64,000 nucleotides of DNA from a virus: positions 16,305 to 80,304 of the IMG/VR virus record IMGVR_UViG_3300049491_000716, one strand, 5' to 3'. Both the position numbers and the translations under genes were made by a program. Of this stretch, positions 18,256 to 27,100 are shown in pieces; position 1 is the stretch's first letter; every line of letters starts with the position of its first letter. The notes beneath the pieces were generated by a model that saw only the letters and a list, made by a program, of their open reading frames with translations, had not been told where the DNA came from and ran no database searches.

Positions 18256-21003
18256 TTATACCGTGCCAGCCAACATGCTGATCGTTGCCGAAGCAAGGAT
18301 TGTTGTCTCACCAACCTTGCGGATATCCAGTCGGAAGTAGGCCGTTCCATAGCGAGCCTGAGATCCGTTCGGCGCGGCTTGCGTGATGGACCAAGTTCTG
18401 TTCGTCCCAAGGTTCAACCAAACCCCAATGTTGCCGGGATTCGTGGTGACAGCGATTGGGTTGCCGCCATAGCCAGGCATGCCACCAAGGAATGTTGCGT
18501 AGACCTCGTAGAGCGCGGCGACCGTTGGCTCAACAATGCCGTACAGCATCCACTCGGTCGGGTAGGCGTGCGACCCGCTGTCGTCGCCGCGAATCGCATT
18601 TCCGTCGTTGCGCAACGAGAAGCTGTTGGCGCCCGAGTAGTAGGTGCGGATGTAGTGGCTGCTGAGATTGGCGATGTACAGGACACCAGAGCCAGGATCA
18701 ATCACATCGGATCCAATGACGATCGGATCTTGAATGTCGCCGGGGCCTGGCAGATAGGCATTGTCAGCGGTGTGGACGCGCTCGTCGTCAATCACGCCGT
18801 CAACGTCGTAGAGTTGCTCGCCCTCTTGTCCACGGCCGCCGTCTCGGATGGCCAGCACCTTCACGAGTTCGTCACCACCGACCTGCGGGCCAAGCAGGTA
18901 CTTCGGGCGCTCACGGGTGCCATCGTCAATCACGAGATCAAAGTCCGGAGCCGCGGGAAGCGTGATGTCGTAGTTCGTCGGTCCCGGCGTCACCGCCACC
19001 GGAGTCGTGAGCGTGCCATCGTCCTTCTGCATCGTCAGGTAGAGCGACGCCGCGCCAAACACAGGTGGCTCTGTCAGGCCGAGAACGAGATTCGCAGGAT
19101 CCCAGTAGGCAACGTCGCCGCTCTGCCCGTAGCCGTAGATCTCAGGCATCCAGCGCACGGCGCTCATGAAAGCCGGCAGCACGCCCTGCATCTCGGTCTT
19201 GCAGGTCGTGGTGCGAGGCCGATACGTGAGGTTCGCTGCTTCGTACATGCCCTCGCGTCGGGCCTGCGTGGCGCCGGTGACGCCTTCAATGAACTTGCGC
19301 ACGGGGTTGGTCATCACCGTGACGCCGGGACACGGGCATTCGATCGGCGTCTTCAGCCATGTGCGGTTGTCTTCGTACTCAATGACATAGCCGTCGGGCG
19401 TGTCGTTCGTTGGCAGTTTCTCGCTGATCACCATGCTGCCCGGCATGCAGTTGCGGTGCGTGAAGGCAGTCACGGGAAGCGTAGCGAGTTCGTCTCTGGC
19501 AATCGTGTAGACGCCATTGCGGCGGAACACTCTGGAGCGGCATGATCTGGCGATCAATTGCGCAGCATCCCACAACGGCATGGCGGTGTCGAACACCCAG
19601 TCGAAGCGGTCTTGCCTCAGATTGGCCGTGAGGGAGATGTCGTAGAAGGACTGCAAGTCAATTCTGTCATCCGCATAGCCGCCACCCCATGTGGACTTGC
19701 TCAGCAGATCCATGAGCCACAGCATGCCGTTGCGTGTCGCGACCTCGGAACCCCAGCCACCGCCGGGCGTCCATGTCCGGCACTTGCCGGTGACGATCAA
19801 CGCGATGTCGCGCTGCGACAGTTGGCTGAGTTGATCACTGGCGCGCAGCACGACTTCATAGTGCGCAGTGTTGGCGTTCAGTGGTGCCGGCTCATTGGTG
19901 TAGGCGCGCAATCCGGCCCATGTGATTTCATGGGCGGCCGTGGAGTCTGGATCTTTCGGGTCGGTGCGGACAACTCTGACTTCAATGCGCGCCGGCGTTG
20001 AAAGCACAAACTTCTGGCTCCAACGTTGCGGGGTATTCGTGGCGCCCGTCTTGGTGCCGCTGCCAAGCGTTGACCACACGCTTGTCGCAACACCGAAGTC
20101 ATCAATGGTCCTACTCTCGACGCGCCAAGAAACCGTGAGCGGGCTGGTGCCCTTGCCAAGGCCTCGAGTTGCCACGATGTCAATGCCGATGGCGGCACAC
20201 GTGCGCTTTGGCTTGCAGGCCGCAAAGCCACCGACATAGCGGCCACTGTCAAGCAGGCTCCCGCTCACCGCGGGGCAGTTGCTGACGTTGGCGAGCACTT
20301 GACTCGGCGGCGTGCCTGGTGGCAAATACTGACTGACGATGACGTCGTCATAGTGACCGATCGGGGTGCCACCGATCAGCGCCTGCTCAAGATCATGGTT
20401 TCCCTCGCCAACAGCGAACAGGGCGTAGTAGAACTGATCGCAGTCAAAGCCTGTATCGGTTTCGGCGAACTCAAGATACGGCTCGCATGCAAACGGGGGC
20501 GTGATCTTGCGGCGACCGCATACCTTCCAGATCGGCTGATCCAGCTTCGCTTGGTTGCCGCTGAGCGATGTGCTGAAGACGGCATTGGCTGCCTGCTGGT
20601 TCTGGGACTCGGGAAGCGTTGGCGGCAGCAGGAGGTTGCTGACTGTGAGGCCAACACCCACGGCAACCACCGCGCCACCAAACGTGAGCGCGCCGAAACC
20701 GCTGGTAGCAGCGATGTATGCGGCGGCCACCACCACGGCCAAAACACCGCGTACCGTGCCATCACTTTCTGGCGGGTCAATGGTGAAGACGACGATGTCC
20801 TGCGGCTGCAGTTTGTAGCCCCACTGCTCCCGCGGGATGTAGCCAGGGATCCCGGAGACTTGGCATACCACCGGCTTGTCGGTAATCGGCGCCACCTCGG
20901 CAATCGTGCGACCCGCTGGCTCGGCCCGCATGTCCTGCGGGCGCAGGCCCAACAGCGGGTTGTCGACGACCCCAACGGTCGCGTCGAAACTCAGCATGAA
21001 CAT
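18256..21003 (-). CDS. Tail tip/central tail protein (TipJ-like host specificity factor)
   Basis: 915 aa after NlpC/P60; DLQSF, RQDRFDWVFD and gpJ-like layout. Confidence 0.8.
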   Translation of the reverse strand: MFMLSFDATVGVVDNPLLGLRPQDMRAEPAGRTIAEVAPITDKPVVCQVSGIPGYIPREQWGYKLQPQDIVVFTIDPPESDGTVRGVLAVVVAAAYIAATSGFGALTFGGAVVAVGVGLTVSNLLLPPTLPESQNQQAANAVFSTSLSGNQAKLDQPIWKVCGRRKITPPFACEPYLEFAETDTGFDCDQFYYALFAVGEGNHDLEQALIGGTPIGHYDDVIVSQYLPPGTPPSQVLANVSNCPAVSGSLLDSGRYVGGFAACKPKRTCAAIGIDIVATRGLGKGTSPLTVSWRVESRTIDDFGVATSVWSTLGSGTKTGATNTPQRWSQKFVLSTPARIEVRVVRTDPKDPDSTAAHEITWAGLRAYTNEPAPLNANTAHYEVVLRASDQLSQLSQRDIALIVTGKCRTWTPGGGWGSEVATRNGMLWLMDLLSKSTWGGGYADDRIDLQSFYDISLTANLRQDRFDWVFDTAMPLWDAAQLIARSCRSRVFRRNGVYTIARDELATLPVTAFTHRNCMPGSMVISEKLPTNDTPDGYVIEYEDNRTWLKTPIECPCPGVTVMTNPVRKFIEGVTGATQARREGMYEAANLTYRPRTTTCKTEMQGVLPAFMSAVRWMPEIYGYGQSGDVAYWDPANLVLGLTEPPVFGAASLYLTMQKDDGTLTTPVAVTPGPTNYDITLPAAPDFDLVIDDGTRERPKYLLGPQVGGDELVKVLAIRDGGRGQEGEQLYDVDGVIDDERVHTADNAYLPGPGDIQDPIVIGSDVIDPGSGVLYIANLSSHYIRTYYSGANSFSLRNDGNAIRGDDSGSHAYPTEWMLYGIVEPTVAALYEVYATFLGGMPGYGGNPIAVTTNPGNIGVWLNLGTNRTWSITQAAPNGSQARYGTAYFRLDIRKVGETTILASATISMLAGTV

Positions 21004-21410
21004 CTCCAGATTTCAACGGGGCCAGCAACGTGGCGCAGTGCTTCGTCTATCGGCGGCGCCACTACACAACCAACGGCGCCGCGCTCACCAAGGTGGCCGT
21101 CGCTGTGCAGCAGGCGCAGCGCACGATCCGCGTAGATCACGACGCCGACGTGCCTGCGATGGAATGGGCTTGTCATCACGAGAACGTCATCGACTTGCGG
21201 CTCGCCTTCGATGCGACGCCAGCCTGACAGCGATGCCGTGTGCTTGATGGCGGCCACGTTCTCGGCGGCATGGTCTTCGGTGTCGCCGACCACGACCTGC
21301 GGCATGTCCAGTCCGCAGCGCAGCGCGAAGAACTGGCGCACCAGCCACCAGCAGTTTCTGGCTGGCGTCCAAGGCTCACCGATCAGGTGAGCCGCCCAGT
21401 GCGCCGCCAT
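20991..21410 (-). CDS. NlpC/P60 tail assembly protein
   Basis: LIGEPW...NCWWLV...HVGVV...LLHS. Confidence 0.8.
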   Translation of the reverse strand: MAAHWAAHLIGEPWTPARNCWWLVRQFFALRCGLDMPQVVVGDTEDHAAENVAAIKHTASLSGWRRIEGEPQVDDVLVMTSPFHRRHVGVVIYADRALRLLHSDGHLGERGAVGCVVAPPIDEALRHVAGPVEIWRCSC

Positions 21411-21955
21411 CAGGCCAGCCCTGAGTATTCGGCGCGGCGGAACGTGAGGCGCGGAATGCTCACGTTGGCTGGATCTGCAAAGCTGGCGCGGATGCTGGCG
21501 CCGTTGCCGCTCATGTCGGCCTGGCTGATCATGTAGGTCAGCACCGGCAACTTGGCTGGCCCCGTCGTGTCGTCGCTGGCATACAGCCGCTCAATCAGGA
21601 TCCACGGTACCAGTGACCCGCGGGCCGCGTCGAAGGCTTGTTTCAGCAAGCCACTGATGCCTTCCCGGCTGAGTGTCACTTCTGGCGTGGCTGCTGTATC
21701 GCTTTCCTCGGGACGCTCAACGGAGAGCGGAACCGAGATGAAGGTCTGCGATGTGCCGGCGTTGCGATCGGCTCCGGCTTCAATCTTTGCCGTGAGGTCG
21801 GCCTTGTCGTCCACGAAGTAGATCGGGGTCGCGAGGCTTGGGTGCCAGAGTTCATAGGCCCACAGCATGGCTCTGCCAAGCGGGGCGATGGCTGCCGCCT
21901 CTTGGTAGGCAACGCTGTATGAGACGCCGCGAAGTGGTGTGCTGTATGAGGGCAT
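21410..21955 (-). CDS. DUF1833-like minor tail protein
   Basis: ELWHPSLATPIYFV...RLYASDDTTGP; position in the tail tip module. Confidence 0.75.
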   Translation of the reverse strand: MPSYSTPLRGVSYSVAYQEAAAIAPLGRAMLWAYELWHPSLATPIYFVDDKADLTAKIEAGADRNAGTSQTFISVPLSVERPEESDTAATPEVTLSREGISGLLKQAFDAARGSLVPWILIERLYASDDTTGPAKLPVLTYMISQADMSGNGASIRASFADPANVSIPRLTFRRAEYSGLA

Positions 21956-21956
21956 G

Positions 21957-22886
21957 TCAGCAGACGTCCAAGTCAGAGATCGTGCTCGGCGACGGCGATG
22001 AACTGACGTCGGCGTTGAACTCAATCGAGTCGTAGGTGATCGGCGGATGCGCCAAACTGAAGTTCGTGGAGTCAATCACGACGTTGTCGCTCAAGCGCTT
22101 GATCGTGCAGTTCGTGGCGCCGGCGACCGCAGAGAACGTGAATGTGAACTCGTACCAAGTGCCAAGCGTCAATGCTGCCGTGGACACGAAGTTCGACTCC
22201 GATGGTGTGGCGACGAGCGCGCGGCGCGTTGCATCGCCAGAACTAGCACGCCTTGCGATGATCGCAATCACCTGCGTGGCACCGTTGTTCAGAACAACCG
22301 GAATGGAGTCATCGGATGCCGATGAAACGACCAGCGACTTGAATGTGATGCTGCTCACGCGACGCGGGGTCACCGTCTTTCTAAGGTAGGTCTGCGCAGT
22401 GGTGTTCAAGCCGACAAGGTGAACGCCATACCCATAGGGGGTGGTGACAACAGTGAATTGGCCAGCATCCCCGCTGATCAAGGAATAGGACGAAAGGCTC
22501 CTGAACTTTTCATGGATGCAGGTTGTCGGCAAGACGCCGACGCCACGCACCTCAAGCACGCCGCTGACCTTCCATCCGATGGCCGCCATGTACTCCCAGC
22601 GTGGCGGCTGCACGAAGCGCCCAACGAATGGCGACACCGGGTTCGGCACAAGCCAGCCCGCATAGAACCAGCAGGCGCCGTAGACGAGATCAGTCTTCCA
22701 CCACGCCCTGAACACCGATGCGTGAGCAAAGGTGAAGGCAAACGAGACCTCGCACTTGGAAAGTCTGTCGCGCTGAAGAGGCCGCGTCTCGCGCGGATCC
22801 ATCTGAGCAATGGCGCGCAGTTCCTCCAGTTCGAATGGCGATGCCGTTGGACCCGGCAGGCTCTCTGGATAGATGACTTCAAACAT
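21957..22886 (-). CDS. Minor tail protein (distal-tail-like N-terminus plus beta-sandwich domain)
   Basis: FRAWWKTDLVYGACWF N-domain; S/T-rich C-domain. Confidence 0.65.
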   Translation of the reverse strand: MFEVIYPESLPGPTASPFELEELRAIAQMDPRETRPLQRDRLSKCEVSFAFTFAHASVFRAWWKTDLVYGACWFYAGWLVPNPVSPFVGRFVQPPRWEYMAAIGWKVSGVLEVRGVGVLPTTCIHEKFRSLSSYSLISGDAGQFTVVTTPYGYGVHLVGLNTTAQTYLRKTVTPRRVSSITFKSLVVSSASDDSIPVVLNNGATQVIAIIARRASSGDATRRALVATPSESNFVSTAALTLGTWYEFTFTFSAVAGATNCTIKRLSDNVVIDSTNFSLAHPPITYDSIEFNADVSSSPSPSTISDLDVC

Positions 22887-22893
22887 GAGTGCC

Positions 22894-24183
22894 TTACTGC
22901 AACGTAAAGTCGTCAACCATCAAGCCTGCAATACCAACGCCTGGGCCAAACTCTGGCTTTCCGATGCGCCACTTCAGCCCAGATCCAGATGGCAATGTAA
23001 TGCCAGTCATGTCATATGTTGCTGCTGTGTTGTTGCCAACCTGAAGACTCAGTGTGTTGCCGACCATCTTCACCTTGTAAACAGCAACATTGTTTGATGG
23101 ATTCATTCCGCTTGTTCTGCTCAAAACTTGTGACCGCGTTGTGCCATCGCTTATATAAAGCAAAATATTTCCAGCCGACTCAAACAAGGCAAAAACAGTT
23201 CCAGAAGCAGATGCTGATGAATCTTGAGCCGACAGGATATAGCCAGATGGATTGACTGTTGCGCATTTGAATGAGCAAATCATTTCAAAGTCACCGTGAC
23301 CTGGCAGGCCATTTGTTGATTGAACGTAGTTGGCCTCGATGTAATCGCTGTCTGCTGTAAGAAGCAATGAACTTGATCCAGATATCGGACTGCCTGTAGT
23401 CAGCGCAGCGCCTCCAGTACCTGACCAAGATGACCCACCGGATCCGTTATCGGTATACGTTGTTGAGCCATTAGAGCCTTCAAAGTACATCTTGATTTTG
23501 TAAGAATCAAGCGGAAGTCCGGTGAACGAAAGCGAGCCTGATCCAGGAAAGGCAAACATCCCAGTGCTTCGGAATGCCGTTGGCGTCAACGTGCTGAGCG
23601 CCATGGACCCAACGCTTGGCGCCACGTATACCGCGAACGACAACTGCACAAGCGCCGCCGAGAACGAAAGCGACCCGACTGCCGCGATGCTTTGAAGGGC
23701 GACGCTGATCTCAAGAGCCAGCGGTTGCGGCGCCGAGAGTGCCGCCGTGCCAAGCAGAGGCACCGAGATAGACATGGCCAGCGCCGACGACACCGGCGCT
23801 ACGCTGCTGCCCTCTCCGAACAGGATGATGACGCCAGTCACGCGCCAGCGATTGCTGGTCAGCGGTGTCGCCTTGAACGGAGCCGCCCACTTGGCCTTCC
23901 ACCACAGCAGGCCGCGCGAGTCTTGGTCCTTCACGCGGATGCTGAAGTAGTTGGAGCCGACGTCCAGCGCGTTGTGAAACCAGTCTTCGAAGACCGCCAT
24001 CTCGGCGGCGTCAAGCGACCAGTTCACGGGGATCTGACGGTCGGGCACCGTGTAGCGGCGGCGCATGCGGCCGTGGCCGGTAGCCGGCTTGACGGCGGCG
24101 AACACCGACGACTCTTCAATGGCATGGCCCTCACCCAGCAGGATGGGGATGCCGTCGGGAACGGTGATGCCTGGAAGTGCCAT
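22894..24183 (-). CDS. Minor tail protein with a lectin/LamG-like C-terminal domain
   Basis: RMRRRY...FEDWFHNALDVGSNYF N-domain; FEGSNGSTTYTD...VDDFTL C-domain. Confidence 0.7.
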   Translation of the reverse strand: MALPGITVPDGIPILLGEGHAIEESSVFAAVKPATGHGRMRRRYTVPDRQIPVNWSLDAAEMAVFEDWFHNALDVGSNYFSIRVKDQDSRGLLWWKAKWAAPFKATPLTSNRWRVTGVIILFGEGSSVAPVSSALAMSISVPLLGTAALSAPQPLALEISVALQSIAAVGSLSFSAALVQLSFAVYVAPSVGSMALSTLTPTAFRSTGMFAFPGSGSLSFTGLPLDSYKIKMYFEGSNGSTTYTDNGSGGSSWSGTGGAALTTGSPISGSSSLLLTADSDYIEANYVQSTNGLPGHGDFEMICSFKCATVNPSGYILSAQDSSASASGTVFALFESAGNILLYISDGTTRSQVLSRTSGMNPSNNVAVYKVKMVGNTLSLQVGNNTAATYDMTGITLPSGSGLKWRIGKPEFGPGVGIAGLMVDDFTLQ

Positions 24184-24185
24184 GT

Positions 24186-27100
24186 TCAGGTGCGACGCGG
24201 AATGTTGCCGCCTGTGGGGATGCCGATCGCCTTCATGGCGACGCCGGCTGGGCCCGTGCGGCTTGCGATGTCGGCAGCCACGGCGTGCCGCGACTGCTCA
24301 ACGGCTTGACGGATGATCAGGCGAACCTGCTCGCGGCCATCGGGGCCAGTCTCCTGCGTCTTCTGAATGTCGGCGCCGTGGTTCTCGATGACGATGTTGG
24401 TGCCGCCGCCAGCCGCGCGGCCGCTGACCTGGGGAGTCTTGGCCGGTGAGGTTTCGGCCGATGGTGGATCCGCGTAGAACGACCCGCCGGTAGCAAAGGC
24501 GCGCACACCCGCCGTGCCGCTTGCAAATGCCCCGCCTTTGGCGAATGCCTGCACACCAAGAGAACCACCGGGGCCGCGGGTCAACGCAAGCACGGGGCCC
24601 GGCCGACCATTGGCGCGATAGGACTGAACGCCCTGCACGCCGCCGCCACGCTTGAGCGGCACCACGGCTTCCGGACCGGCTTCGCCCATCAGGCCGAGGC
24701 GCGACTTGCCGCCATCTTTGAAACGGAAGTAAGTCGGCTGCGAAACCACGCGGTTCGTGAACTGGCCGCCCGCCGCGAACTTCTGGGCGCGCGGCTCGGC
24801 GTCGCGCTCAAAGGCGCCTCCCTTGGCAAACGGGAAGATGCCGTCGGCGGCGAAGCGGTTTCCTTCGGCGAAGGCCATGACAGAGCCACCGGAGAATGCA
24901 TCGCCCTTGGCTTTCGCAAACACACTGACCGCGCTTCCGCCTGCCGCTTTAGCCGCGGCCGCCGTGACCGCAGATGCGAACAACTCAACGGCTGCCAGCG
25001 CGTTGATGATGCCGTCACCAAAACCCGAGATGAAGATTGCCGAGGCAGCCGACTCCGAGCCGATCGCGTTGACGCCGAGTGATGCCGTCGTGGCTTCGCT
25101 GGTCAGCGCGCTGATCACGGGCGCCGCGGCGCTCGCCGCCGTGCCGACTGACGTCAGGCCGGTGGATGCCGTCGTGGCAGCAGTTGCGGCGGCCGCATCT
25201 GCGGAGGCTCCGCTGACGGAAGACGCGGCGCCGACCAAGCCCGTGTCCTTGGCTGCCGAGAACCCGGCGCCAGTGGCGTTGATGCCGGCGTCGTTCTTCG
25301 GGTTGCCGCGGCTGCCGAACTTCAGGAACTCTGCGAAGCCGCTGCCGCCGTCAATGAAGGTGCGGATCTGGCCTTGAATGGCGGTCTCAAGCGGCTTTTC
25401 GTAGAACTCTTTGACGAGGATCTGGACGGCCTTGTCCTTGATGGACTCCAGCAGATCCTTGAAGCTCTTGGCATGCAGGGCGGCATCGCTGAAGATCTGA
25501 GCGAGCCCGGTTCCGAGGTCTTCGCCGGCGCCACGCAGGCGCGTGATGTACGGGTTGACGGAGTCCAAGGCCTGCGCGTACTTCAGGGAGGCATCTGCGG
25601 CTTCCCCGATGATCTTCGGGTTGTAGGCGCGTCCCGCGGCATCGGCGGCGTCACGTTCGCGCTGGGCCAGTTTCTCGGTCTCGTCCGCATAAACCTTGAG
25701 TTGGTCGACAAGCGTTCCGCGGATCGCGAAGACTTGCTTTTCTTGCGCCTCCAGCGACAAACCGTCCTGAGTGGCGCGCAGCAGGAAGGCAGTCTCGGCG
25801 CGAGCCGCATCGAAGGCAGCGATGCCAACCTTGCGTTGTGCTTCGGCCAGATCGTTGGTGATGGCCAGGGCTGTTTGCAGACCCGACACGTCAACCGGTG
25901 GCGCCGACTCGAAGCGGCGCACGCCGCCCGGCGTCTTGATGTCGGGACGCGCCTGATTCGCGAGTTGGCGCGCCGCCGCGACTTGCTGCTGGGCACGCAG
26001 GTCGGCGGCCGTCTTCTCGTCGCCCACGAGTTGCGCCAGGCTGGCGCGGTAGTCGTTGACCTGTTGACCGAGAGCCTTGAAGGCGGCGACCTGTTCAAGG
26101 TTCGACAGCGTGATGTCGTTGGCCGCCTTGATCTGGATGGCCGCGCTCTTGTCGGCGCTGGCGTTGATCTCGGTCTGAGTCTTCTCTTTGTCGGAGCCCG
26201 ACGTCGTCTTGAGGTCGCGGTACTCAGCGAGTTTCTTGCGTTCGGCGGCAAGCGTCGCTAGTTCGTCGGCCACACCCTTGGCGGTGTTGGCGTTGCGCTC
26301 TGCGTAGAAGTCGATCAGAGACTTGCCGCCAGCCGCGTAGATAGCCTGCAACTCTTGGTTGTGGAACTGCACGGCCACACGTTCGGCGGCGAGTTCGTCT
26401 TCGAGCGCCTTCAGTGCGCTGGCGAGGCGGGCCTTGCGCAGGCGCTCGGCTTCGCTTTCACTTTTGCTGACGGCGCCTGTGTCGGTAAAGTCCTTCTTGA
26501 GTTGAGCGAGCGCTGCCTTCTGATCAGTTTCGCTGACGGGGTCACCTAGAGATGCGCTCTTGCGGAAGTCTTCTTGAATTTTATTCAGCGCCTTCTGGTA
26601 TTCAGCGCCAGACTTCGCTTTGACCAAGAGACCCTTGAGACGCTCTTGGAATGCTGCGACATCCTTGGTGTCAGATGCACGCTCGGCATCCGCGAAAGCG
26701 TTGTCGTCTTGGCGCAGTTTCTTGCGCGACAAGGACAGCACGTCGGCTGCAGCCTTTGCTTTTGCAGCCTCTGTGCCTTGTCTCAGGTTCGCCGCATCGC
26801 CAGTGTTTTCGGGTGCGATCGGGCCGTTGGCTGGTGCCTCGGTGACGATCTTGGTTTTGGCGAGTGTGGCCTGCAAAGCAATGGCACGCTTCAGGTTCTC
26901 TTCGACTGTCTGCGCGCGGCCGGTGCCAGTCGCGGCATCCCAAAACTTGTCCCAGAGGTTCGCGGTTCCACGCAGCAGTTTGTCAAGGCCCGTGAGGTTA
27001 TCCTCCAACCCACGGAAGCGCAAATTCAGGGCGTCATAGACGATGCCCTGCGCCTCGGCGGCGCGCCCCTGCTCTTGAAGAGTGCGGATCTGGCGGAACT

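Noticed and set aside
17944-19545. Long + strand ORFs in the late region (also 41253-42809, 55924-57099, 61739-63061) and - strand 3404-5014
   Set aside because: Antisense shadows of real genes in high-GC DNA; no motifs
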